Source: an uncultured Christensenella sp. (GTDB lineage: Bacteria > Bacillota > Clostridia > Christensenellales > UBA1242). Taken from it: a stretch of DNA of 43,597 nt. The DNA lies in NCBI GenBank assembly GCA_949293925.1, contig CASFFI010000015.1, positions 1-43,597 on the forward strand. Direction: 5' to 3'. Below the pieces are notes generated by a model, which did not search any database, was not told the DNA's origin, and was given only the letters and a program-made list of their open reading frames with translations. Position 1 is the first letter of the stretch. Each line of letters begins with the position of its first letter. Positions 11,001 to 18,372 of this stretch are shown one piece after another. Both the position numbers and the translations under genes were made by a program.

Positions 11001-11580
11001 TATTATATTTTTTTGAATATTCTCTTAATTTTTCATTTACAATTAATTGTTCTTCCAAATGATGATTTTGTAGTTCTAAATAATAATCGTCTTGAAAAAG
11101 ATTTTTAAACCAGTTCACTAACTCTTCCGCTTTGTCTAATTCGTTTGACAAAATCAGTTGTGGCAATTCACCTGCTACACAAGCCGATAAGCAAATCAAG
11201 CCTTCGTGATATTTTTCAAGAGTCTTTCTATCTATTCTAGGTTTATAATAATACCCATCTTTAAATGCAATAGAATTAAGTTTACAAAGATTTTTATACC
11301 CTTGTTCATTTTTTGCAAGTAAAATTAAATGATTTAATTTTTGTTTCCCAACTTTTTCAGTTAAATCTTTTGTTGTATAAAACTCGCAACCAATTATAGC
11401 TTTTATCCCATTTGCAACACATTCATCATAAAAAGTGATTGCACCATACATATTTCCATGGTCAGTAATTGCCACTGCAGGCATATTGCAATCTTTACAC
11501 TTTTTTACTAATTTATCTATCCTTGCTGCACCGTCCAAAAGACTATATTCAGTATGCACATGCAAATGAACAAAACTCAT
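8002..11580 (-). CDS. dnaE: DNA polymerase III alpha subunit (DnaE type)
   Basis: PHP N-terminus HLHVHTEYSLLDGA, polymerase core motifs GPGRGSGAGSIVAYAIGIT and APDFDVDF, 1,192 aa, with an AAAGGTG SD. Confidence 0.95.
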   Translation of the reverse strand: MSFVHLHVHTEYSLLDGAARIDKLVKKCKDCNMPAVAITDHGNMYGAITFYDECVANGIKAIIGCEFYTTKDLTEKVGKQKLNHLILLAKNEQGYKNLCKLNSIAFKDGYYYKPRIDRKTLEKYHEGLICLSACVAGELPQLILSNELDKAEELVNWFKNLFQDDYYLELQNHHLEEQLIVNEKLREYSKKYNIKTVATNDCHYIEREDSQAQDVLMCVQMQKTIDDTDRLKFPNDEFYFKTREEMEQVFPNDIEALDTTLEIADKCNVKFEYGHYLYPKYQPPEGYTPAEYLRKLAMDGLKKKYKELTKTVLDRFEMEFGVIQKQGYIEYFLIVWDYINAAREMGISVGPGRGSGAGSIVAYAIGITNIDPLKYDLFFERFLNTERVSAPDFDVDFEDSRRQEVIEYVKRKYGEDRVVKIVTFGTMAAKNAIKDVGRVLRVPYSVLDNVTKLIPTLKKPVLPKVFGFYHPKEGSKDFGKDFTVPELVEMYNTNPDIKRVVDIAMKIEDSPRQCSTHACGVVIGADVLDKYIPLSRNGEDITTQYNMVQIEHLGHLKMDFLGLRNLTDIKECMKYVKENHNVDIDFDNNTYDDPNVYKLISSGDTKGIFQIESAGFQKFMKELQPTLLEDIIAAVSLYRPGPMDSIPRYVHNKHHPEDTKYDHPLLEPILNVTYGCIVYQEQVMKIVQDLAGYTLGQADNVRRMMGKKKIDAMQKEKQVFLYGKPETVDSNGKINRAIDGAIKRGVSEEVASKIWGEMETFASYAFNKSHAAAYSLVTYQTAYLKCYYLVEFITSILNNRITKIDELTNYIAYAKEKKIEVLPPDINKSVTYFSTDGKSIRFGLAGLRNVGISVIDELIEERNKYGEFKDFMDFVNRANPMALNKRCLESLILSGAFDCFGKTRSCLMGCYPKAVEMVLSKKKNESSGQFSMFGSLIKEEDVSGFSYPNIPEFTPRVKLAYEKEIAGIYLSGHPLDDYRNAMKDFTLTSNMLMLEEDEIEDPYDDQQDDLMVDSGFKNGDAVVCGGAISQIKLHLSKSGKRMAFGVIEDLFGSVEVVAFPNVYEKYKDLLVQDNLVKIKGKYSVRTGQKPSVMIDSVQLLDGSSEDKQQSLEEEIVLKPVKQKKLCMKYDLTDINLHNAVKNILKTYEGFSEVYVKNTSDNKSYKLNLTIEPREALLYELETVLDKGNAVYF

Positions 11581-11597
11581 AATTTCACCTTTAGGTT

Positions 11598-11626
11598 ATT
11601 ATATTTAAAATGTCTAATATTGTCAA
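11598..11626 (-). promoter_or_regulatory. Perfect consensus promoter TTGACA-17-TATAAT for dnaE
   Basis: The complement of 11621-11626 is TTGACA, the spacer is 17 nt, and the complement of 11598-11603 is TATAAT. The remaining 17 nt to the ATG contain the SD. Confidence 0.6.
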
Positions 11627-11894
11627 GTTAAAGTTAAAATTAAAGCATAAATTATATCATAAGTTTACATAAAAAAATATTATCTATTCTTAATTAGACA
11701 AATCAATATAGATAATATTTATATTGCCAATATTTTATATATTTGATTAAATGAGTTTAAGATAGATTTAATTCTCGATAGATAAAAATTTATCAATACA
11801 ATAAATTAAATTTTAGAAAATTAGACTCTATAAGGAATATTTTAACTTTCTACCTTTATAAACTCACCTAACAATTTCTATAACTTTTTTAAAA

Positions 11895-12770
11895 TCACTT
11901 AATATTTTTATAAAGATTAATAATTTTATCTAATTTATATTTAATACCTGCTGGTGAAATCTTTTTAGAATGTAATTGACATAGTTCCCTTAATGTAGCA
12001 TTAGGATTTGAAAGTCTTAAAAGTGCAATTTCTTTGCTATCTTCATCTAATAATTCAAATTCTGGTAAATCTTTAATTGCATCTATTGCTTCCAATTGTT
12101 TAATGCTAGAAGTAACGCTTTTTTGTATATTTGATTTCATACAATTAAATTTTCTGTTTGTATCATTTTTGGTTTGTCTAATTATTAAATTATTTTCTAT
12201 ATCAAGAGCGATTTTCGATAGTCCAATTTTAACTAGAATATCATATATGTTTTCAACCCCACTTGAATACAAATAAAACTGACCAAATCTTTCTCGTTTT
12301 TTAAGAAATATATTTATTTTTGATAAAATGTTTTCAAAATTTAATCTTTTGTCTTCCGTTTTAAAACAAAATTCCAATAAATAACCTTTAGAATTTTCTT
12401 CAAACTTGTCACTATAAATTAAATCTCCATTTAATAAAAGATTAGTTTTTATTTGAGTAATTAAACAACAATCATTTCCCAACGAACTAGAAGGCAAATT
12501 ATCATTTTCTAAATTAAATTCATTGTTAAGAAAATGAAAATTTATATTTTTAATCACTATATCATCATTTTCTAAAACAACAATTATATTTGGGAAAAAG
12601 TTTTCTATAACTTTTTTAAATTTAGAAAATAAAGGCTTTAAATTTTCAAGCCTCAAATCATTTCCATCAATTTTAGCAGTGTTAAACAACACTGTATGAA
12701 TAAAACTATAAGCACAACAATTAGTCTCTTTAATAGAATCCAATATATAATCAAAGACCTTTTTAAGCAT
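11895..12770 (-). CDS. whiA: DNA-binding protein WhiA (divergent)
   Basis: The size fits, and the C-terminal half aligns by eye with WhiA (NCMKSNIQKSVTSSIKQLEAI... and an HTH tail ALLRLSNPNATLRELCQL...ISPAGIKYKLDKI). The N-terminal LAGLIDADG-like half is poorly conserved. Confidence 0.75.
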   Translation of the reverse strand: MLKKVFDYILDSIKETNCCAYSFIHTVLFNTAKIDGNDLRLENLKPLFSKFKKVIENFFPNIIVVLENDDIVIKNINFHFLNNEFNLENDNLPSSSLGNDCCLITQIKTNLLLNGDLIYSDKFEENSKGYLLEFCFKTEDKRLNFENILSKINIFLKKRERFGQFYLYSSGVENIYDILVKIGLSKIALDIENNLIIRQTKNDTNRKFNCMKSNIQKSVTSSIKQLEAIDAIKDLPEFELLDEDSKEIALLRLSNPNATLRELCQLHSKKISPAGIKYKLDKIINLYKNIK

Positions 12771-13536
12771 TTGATTTAGACTTTCTCCTTTCTTTTTTAA
12801 AAGTAGGAATTTTATTATAATTTACAACCATATCTTCTGGGATTTTTAATTTCAACATCGTTTTAAGTCCCAAAGAACACTCACCAACTCTTTCGGCAGT
12901 GTGTGCATCAGAATCAATGATAAATTTAACACCTTCTTCCATACAAATTTTGATTTCTTTTTCTGACATTCCAAGATTTTTACTATTTAGTTCGATATAT
13001 GTATTAGTTTCTTTTGCAACTCTAGCAACTGTCCTAACATCAACTTTTAAGCCTCTACCCAAATGCGTAATAACATCAATATCATACTTTCTCATCGCTT
13101 GAACATAGGCATTTGTGTTTTTCTTTATTTGCCTTTTTGTATTAAAATGAATTTTATTACCTATTAAATTTTTAACGTGAAATGATAACCAGCCAAATTT
13201 TTTCTTTGGTTTTGCAAATTGATGATAACCACATAAAATAATATCAAATTTATCATAATCTTCAGGCAATATATCAACATCACCATCATAAGAAATTAAA
13301 TTTGCTTCAACCCCTAATAACACATCAATGGGTGCTCTATCTTCAGCCTCTTCAATTTCTTTTCGCATTGAAACAATATCTTCTCGCTTCATAGCATATA
13401 AAGCGTGCGAAAAACCATGGTCTGTTATCGCAACCTGTCGTAAACCTTTATTAATAGCCGATTGAACATTCTCAGCGATAGTTCCCTTTCCGTGACTATA
13501 GGGTGTATGTGTATGATAATCGCCAAATAATGCCAT
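12763..13536 (-). CDS. PHP-domain metal-dependent phosphoesterase
   Basis: YHTHTPYSHGKG, VAITDHG and IIDSDAH motifs of the PHP/histidinol-phosphatase superfamily. Overlaps the whiA start by 8 nt. Confidence 0.8.
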   Translation of the reverse strand: MALFGDYHTHTPYSHGKGTIAENVQSAINKGLRQVAITDHGFSHALYAMKREDIVSMRKEIEEAEDRAPIDVLLGVEANLISYDGDVDILPEDYDKFDIILCGYHQFAKPKKKFGWLSFHVKNLIGNKIHFNTKRQIKKNTNAYVQAMRKYDIDVITHLGRGLKVDVRTVARVAKETNTYIELNSKNLGMSEKEIKICMEEGVKFIIDSDAHTAERVGECSLGLKTMLKLKIPEDMVVNYNKIPTFKKERRKSKSNA

Positions 13537-13644
13537 AATTCTCCTTTATATTTATATAAAAAATAAAACAAAAAAATTTATAAAATAATATAATATATAT
13601 TATACACATTGAAAAATATTATGTCAAACTAGTACTTATATAAA

Positions 13645-14535
13645 TTAAACAATTTTAATTAGCGCGCTTGATGAATATTTGCTTATCCTATCATAAATAG
13701 TTAATACTACTTTGCCAACATCTAACTTTTTTACATAAACGCAATTGAAATCAATTTCAATCACTTCAATAATTCCTTCTATGGAAACATATGCTCTAAG
13801 ATTGTGATAATCTAGATTGTTTAAAGTAAATTTGATAATTGAGAACTTGTCATCATATTTCAACTCTACGATATTATTTTCAAAAATAACTGAAGTAAAA
13901 TCATTTTCTTCAACACTTATTATCATAGAATCTGTCACAAGTTTGTCATCAACTAAAATGCTTGCAGTAAATTTAAAATTTCCAACCTTAAAGCATGTTA
14001 AATAAGACTCGCATAAAAATAAAGTATCGTAACTAGTAAAGCGAATTTCATTAACATCAATTTCGTCGCTGATATAATTTGTAATATCAAAAGTTTGACC
14101 TAATTTTACATTAATATTTGCTTCAGTAAAAATTACAATCTCCGAGTCATCTGAAACATTTTTATCTACAACATTTAATGTAAAACTATCAGAGATATAA
14201 TTTTTTGAACTAGATTTTGCAATAACAGAGATATTATAAACGCCGACAACATCAGAATAAATTAAGTTTTTATAAATTTTAACATTGCTGTCATCACATT
14301 TAAAACTGCTAGTTGCAGAATAATCTGAAGGAGTTATTAAAAAATCATCTTTAGTGATTTCTAAACAATCGCCCGCATGCATAGTAAAACTTTCTTTACG
14401 CATCTTAATGCTATCTGCATAAACAACCAAATCTTTGTCAGGATTAAACAAAACTAAAAAATATATACAGAATATTAATAAAACTGTAGAAACTATAATA
14501 TTTATAATTGTTTTAATACCCTTAGACATACTCAT
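13645..14535 (-). CDS. Hypothetical membrane-anchored surface protein with beta-rich (Ig-like?) repeats
   Basis: N-terminal TM anchor IINIIVSTVLLIFCIYFLVLF followed by beta-strand-like sequence. I prefer ATG 14535 to the TTG at 14544 used by the ORF track. Confidence 0.55.
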   Translation of the reverse strand: MSMSKGIKTIINIIVSTVLLIFCIYFLVLFNPDKDLVVYADSIKMRKESFTMHAGDCLEITKDDFLITPSDYSATSSFKCDDSNVKIYKNLIYSDVVGVYNISVIAKSSSKNYISDSFTLNVVDKNVSDDSEIVIFTEANINVKLGQTFDITNYISDEIDVNEIRFTSYDTLFLCESYLTCFKVGNFKFTASILVDDKLVTDSMIISVEENDFTSVIFENNIVELKYDDKFSIIKFTLNNLDYHNLRAYVSIEGIIEVIEIDFNCVYVKKLDVGKVVLTIYDRISKYSSSALIKIV

Positions 14536-14545
14536 TTTCGACAAA

Positions 14546-14573
14546 ATTGTAACACAAATTTACAAATTGTCAA
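14546..14573 (-). promoter_or_regulatory. Promoter TTGACA-16-(TGt)TACAAT, 10 nt upstream of the ATG at 14535
   Basis: The minus strand reads TTGACA ATTTGTAAATTTGTGT TACAAT TTTGTCGAAA ATG, with no SD. Confidence 0.4.
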
Positions 14574-14601
14574 TATTTTTTTATAAAGTTATAAAAATCG
14601 T

Positions 14602-14631
14602 TTGACACACAATTTAAATATTTGTTATAAT
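14602..14631 (+). promoter_or_regulatory. Promoter P1, TTGACA-18-(TGt)TATAAT, pointing at tRNA-Leu
   Basis: TTGACA at 14602-14607, TG at 14623-14624 and TATAAT at 14626-14631. Confidence 0.5.
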
Positions 14632-14683
14632 AATTAATTTTCCGAAAACAAAAACGCATAAATAAATAATATAAAACTTTTTA

Positions 14684-14712
14684 TTGACATATAAAATGAT
14701 ATGTTATATAAT
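14684..14712 (+). promoter_or_regulatory. Promoter P2, perfect TTGACA-17-TATAAT, pointing at tRNA-Leu
   Basis: TTGACA at 14684-14689, a 17-nt spacer and TATAAT at 14707-14712. Confidence 0.55.
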
Positions 14713-14981
14713 GTGAGTGCATAAAATGTAAAAAATTTTAAATATCAATGTATTAAAACAAATAAAATAATACAAATCAATAATTTATAATAAGATAAAT
14801 AAACAGAATAAATTAAAGTTTAAGATTATTTTAGGGTAAATGGTATTCATGTAGCGTAAGCCCCGTTTTAAAAATTTAAAATAACTAAATTAAAATGTAC
14901 TACAAATTCATATTTAAATTTTTAAAAAGTGTGTAACACGCCCCGCCCAGCAAGGCGTTAAACTACTTTGAAATCTAATAT

Positions 14982-15063
14982 GCGAGTGTGGCGAAATGGC
15001 AGACGCGCACGTTTAAGGGGCGTGTTCGAAAGAGTATGGGTTCAACTCCCATCACTCGCACCA
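14982..15063 (+). tRNA. tRNA-Leu (class II); the hand fold gives anticodon AAG (15015-15017); CCA is encoded
   Basis: Acceptor GCGAGTG/CACTCGC. D arm GCG-AAATGGCAGA-CGC. Anticodon stem CACGT/GCGTG with loop TTAAGGG. Variable arm TTC-GAAA-GAG. T arm ATGGG-TTCAACT-CCCAT. Discriminator A followed by CCA. Confidence 0.9.
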
Positions 15064-15064
15064 G

Positions 15065-15093
15065 AAAAAAACAACCGGGCTGGTTGTTTTTTT
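15065..15093 (+). terminator. Rho-independent terminator after tRNA-Leu
   Basis: AAACAACC-GGGC-TGGTTGTTT hairpin followed by a T run. Confidence 0.8.
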
Positions 15094-15376
15094 ATAAATT
15101 CTAAAATCTTAGATAATGACTTTACGCAAGTTTATAATTATACTTCAAAATATTTTATCTATATTTTTAAATAAATCATAATAAATCTTAAAAAAATTTT
15201 TAATTAAATTTAATAAAATTATAATTATAGATAGAATTTATTTTATAAGTTTTATTTTTTTTACATTTATTAATTGCAACATTAAGAAGATATTTTTTAA
15301 TGAATACAATAAAAATTTTTTTATATAATAAACAATATGATTAACAAATACATGATTTTATATAGGTGTTATTTAC

Positions 15377-16240
15377 TTATTGATTATAAAGTTTGGTATT
15401 TTCAATCTTTAAGCGTTCGCTTTCTTCAATTAATAACTCTAAATCTTTTTTCATTTTTTCTATCTCTTGCATTAGTCTTAATTCATTAGAATTATAAAAA
15501 ATCTCTTCACCAATATCTTCACTTATTTTTTTATTTGCATAGCGTAATCTTCTTTGTTTTTCTTTTATTTTACTATTCAATCTGAAGATTTGTTTTTCCA
15601 ACTCATTTAAATGAATAATATTATTATCAATCTTATCTTGTATTTTTTTATATTTTAATTTGATTATATTTTGATATAAAATGTTAATACTTTGAATTTT
15701 ATTATTTAATAAATTTATTACTTGCATAATTTCTTTGTGAATTGTTGAATAGATTTCAAATTCTTGACTTAATTCATTTTTGCATTCAGGCGTATTATCT
15801 ATAGATTCCAATTCATTCTGCGTTAAAATTAAAGAATTTTGATAATCATTTGCAATCATATTCAAACCTGTTACAAGACTCGAAATTCCTTCTCTTAATC
15901 TTGTAATATAATTTATATTTATATTTGCATGTGATCGATTAAATATTGCTGTAATAAATTCAATTTGACTCAAAAACTCAAATTTTTTATCGTTTAATAA
16001 ATTTTGAACATAATTTTGATCATCATAATTTTCAGAAAAACATATTGTTCCTATAAGAGTATCTTTAAATTGTGAATTTTCTGAAACCCATTTAGAATTG
16101 GATATAAAACGACTTTTTTTCAAGAGCAATAAAAGCGTATTTAATTCGTAAAAAACTTTACTATAACAAATTGCTAGTTTTTCAATATCTTTTTTATTTA
16201 TTTCTTTATTATAATTATACTCGTTATCTAATAATTCCAT
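15377..16240 (-). CDS. Hypothetical coiled-coil protein (287 aa)
   Basis: I chose the start at ATG 16240 (MELLDNEY...), which has an AGGAGAT SD. The C-terminal half is heptad-like and K/E/I/L/N-rich (…LNELEKQIFRLNSKIKEKQRRL…). It lies directly downstream of the SPFH gene. Confidence 0.6.
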   Translation of the reverse strand: MELLDNEYNYNKEINKKDIEKLAICYSKVFYELNTLLLLLKKSRFISNSKWVSENSQFKDTLIGTICFSENYDDQNYVQNLLNDKKFEFLSQIEFITAIFNRSHANININYITRLREGISSLVTGLNMIANDYQNSLILTQNELESIDNTPECKNELSQEFEIYSTIHKEIMQVINLLNNKIQSINILYQNIIKLKYKKIQDKIDNNIIHLNELEKQIFRLNSKIKEKQRRLRYANKKISEDIGEEIFYNSNELRLMQEIEKMKKDLELLIEESERLKIENTKLYNQ

Positions 16241-16330
16241 TTTATCTCCTATAACTTTAAAGATTTTAACATTAAAAAGAAAATTGTCAATACAAAAAAA
16301 TAAAATCCTAAATGTAAATAACATTAAGGA

Positions 16331-17221
16331 TTATTTTAATTGATCTTTATTTGTGTTTTCTGGATTTTTCAATGTTTCGGCAAGTGAAGTTAATACTCCT
16401 GCGATATTTTGCAAATCACTTGGAACAATTATTTTGGTACTCTGACCATTTGCCATTACTTTCAAAGCATCAAAGCCTTGCAATGTCAAATAGCTTGCAT
16501 CAGGTTTTGCCTTAATTATACGCTCTATCGCCTCTGCTTGACCTTCTGCCTCTGTGATTAAAGCCATTTTCTTTGCCTCTGCACGCAAGATTTCCGCTTC
16601 TTTTTCGCCCTCTGCAACTAAAATGTTTGCTTTTTTCTCGCCTTCTGCTCGTAAAATCTGCTCACGCCTTTCCCTTTCTGCTCGCATTTGTTTTTCCATT
16701 GCTTCTTGAATATCTTTTGGTGGCAGAATGTTTTTCAACTCTACACGATTAACTTTAATTCCCCAAGGGTCTGTTGCTTCATCTAGAATTATTCTCATTT
16801 TATTATTAACAGTATCTCTAGATGTTAAAGTTTCATCAAGTTCGAGTTCTCCAACAATATTTCTTAAAGTTGTAGCAGTCAAATTCTCTATTGCACGCAT
16901 AGGATTTTCTACCCCGTATGAAAATGCTTTTGGGTCAGTAATTTGATAGTAAACAACAGTATCGATTTTCATAGTAACATTGTCTTTTGTAATAACATCT
17001 TGCGGTTCAAAATCTGCCACATGTTCTTTTAATGAAATTTTAGGGCCGGTTCTTTCAATAAAAGGAATGATGACATGTATGCCAGTATTTAACACCCTAT
17101 TAAATTTCCCCAATCTTTCCACAACAATAGCTGTTGATTGTCTAACAAGCCTTATGCCTGCAATAATAAGAGCCATGATAATTGCTAGTATAACTAAAAC
17201 TACAATCCAAACACCTGTCAT
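16331..17221 (-). CDS. SPFH/Band-7 (stomatin-like) membrane protein
   Basis: N-terminal TM helix, an SPFH core (IVVERLGKFNRVL..., DTVVYYQITDP) and an A/E/K-rich C-terminal coiled coil (RAEGEKKANILVAEGEKEAEILRAEA). GGAGGAA SD. Confidence 0.9.
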   Translation of the reverse strand: MTGVWIVVLVILAIIMALIIAGIRLVRQSTAIVVERLGKFNRVLNTGIHVIIPFIERTGPKISLKEHVADFEPQDVITKDNVTMKIDTVVYYQITDPKAFSYGVENPMRAIENLTATTLRNIVGELELDETLTSRDTVNNKMRIILDEATDPWGIKVNRVELKNILPPKDIQEAMEKQMRAERERREQILRAEGEKKANILVAEGEKEAEILRAEAKKMALITEAEGQAEAIERIIKAKPDASYLTLQGFDALKVMANGQSTKIIVPSDLQNIAGVLTSLAETLKNPENTNKDQLK

Positions 17222-17229
17222 ATTTCCTC

Positions 17230-17682
17230 CTAACTTTTAATTTCCTTTTTTTCAACTGATAATTTTACTATTAATTTATTTCCATCAATTGATACAACTT
17301 CATAAGTTTTACCTATTTCAAGTTTTTCATCATCGCTTGACACCACGCGCCAATCAATACCATTAATTTTGTGATATACATAACCGCCGTCTTCGATTTT
17401 ATCTATTTCAAATTTTTTACCAATATATGTATCAACATTACTTTTCAAATCTGATTTTTTTAAGAGTTTAATAAAGAATTTTCTAGTAAAAATCAACATT
17501 AAAACAGATACAATTATAAATATAGAAAATTCTAAAATTAATGAATTAGATAAACTTGCAGCAATTATAGCACCAATTGCCCCAAACGCAAACCACAAAG
17601 ATACTAGTTCTACAGTCATTGCCTCAACTACAATTGCAACGATTAAAACAGCAAACCAAACCCAAACATCAACTCCGCCCAT
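17230..17682 (-). CDS. NfeD-family membrane protein (SPFH partner)
   Basis: Three N-terminal TM helices plus a C-terminal OB-like domain (GKKFEI...INGIDWRVVS...). The classic NfeD-SPFH gene pair. AGGAGG SD. Confidence 0.85.
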   Translation of the reverse strand: MGGVDVWVWFAVLIVAIVVEAMTVELVSLWFAFGAIGAIIAASLSNSLILEFSIFIIVSVLMLIFTRKFFIKLLKKSDLKSNVDTYIGKKFEIDKIEDGGYVYHKINGIDWRVVSSDDEKLEIGKTYEVVSIDGNKLIVKLSVEKKEIKS

Positions 17683-17705
17683 TTTTCCTCCTAATAATTA
17701 ATATA

Positions 17706-17734
17706 AGATTATCATTTTAAATGTGCAAAGTCAA
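17706..17734 (-). promoter_or_regulatory. Promoter TTGACT-17-TAATCT for the nfeD operon
   Basis: The complement of 17729-17734 is TTGACT and the complement of 17706-17711 is TAATCT, with a 17-nt spacer. Confidence 0.4.
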
Positions 17735-17752
17735 TAAAATATTCTAATCAAG

Positions 17753-17781
17753 TTTACAAATTAATTTAGTTGTGTTATACT
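17753..17781 (+). promoter_or_regulatory. Promoter TTTACA-17-(TGt)TATACT for the gene at 17827
   Basis: TTTACA at 17753-17758, a 17-nt spacer ending in TGT, and TATACT at 17776-17781. Confidence 0.45.
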
Positions 17782-17826
17782 CCGATAAATAAATATATTC
17801 AATAGAATCATTATAAAAAGGGAAAT

Positions 17827-18372
17827 ATGACAAAAATAAGATATGAATATTCAGTTGAAGATAATTTAAGCGGAAGTGAATTTTCAGTAAAGGCTACAAA
17901 AGGCAAAAAAGAAAAAATAATGCCTATAATTTTATTAATAGGTTTGATTTTATCTGTTGCATTATTAATAGTTGACATTGTTTCAAAGAACTCAGTTGTA
18001 TTAGATATAATATTTATAGTTATATTTATTGCAATTTTTACATTTGAAAAAATTTTTCCTAAAATAATGAAACATAGACAAAAGAAATATTTTTACAAAC
18101 AAAATTTAGACAAAATAAAGATATGTGAAATTATAATTGATAACGCAAAATTAACAGAAATATTTTACTCAAATGAATTTGAATTGTTAGGGAAAAATGA
18201 ATATAAATTTGCAAATTTATCATCAATAGGAGAAGATAGTAAAAGAATTTACGCATTGTTTGACAATTCTTATATGGTCGTTATCAACAAAACAACCTTA
18301 AATGAATTAGATATTTCAAATATAAGAAATAGATTAAAGTTGGCTGTAAAACAAAACTCTAACAAGCAATAA
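17827..18372 (+). CDS. Hypothetical two-TM membrane protein (YcxB-like topology?)
   Basis: AAAGGGAAA SD, two adjacent TM helices and then a soluble C-terminal domain. The family assignment rests on topology only. Confidence 0.5.
   Translation: MTKIRYEYSVEDNLSGSEFSVKATKGKKEKIMPIILLIGLILSVALLIVDIVSKNSVVLDIIFIVIFIAIFTFEKIFPKIMKHRQKKYFYKQNLDKIKICEIIIDNAKLTEIFYSNEFELLGKNEYKFANLSSIGEDSKRIYALFDNSYMVVINKTTLNELDISNIRNRLKLAVKQNSNKQ

Noticed and set aside
14830-14965. Known structured RNA (SRP/4.5S RNA, 6S, tmRNA, RNase P) hidden in the tRNA-Leu leader
   Set aside because: CCAGCAAGGCG faintly recalls the SRP helix-8 3' side. However, the conserved GGAAG...AGCAGC core, the tmRNA tRNA-like end and the RNase P GAGGAAAGTCC box are all absent, so no known RNA is called.
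14968-15174. 68-aa plus-strand ORF
   Set aside because: It is read straight through the tRNA-Leu gene and its terminator, so it is an artefact of the only G/C-rich stretch in the area.
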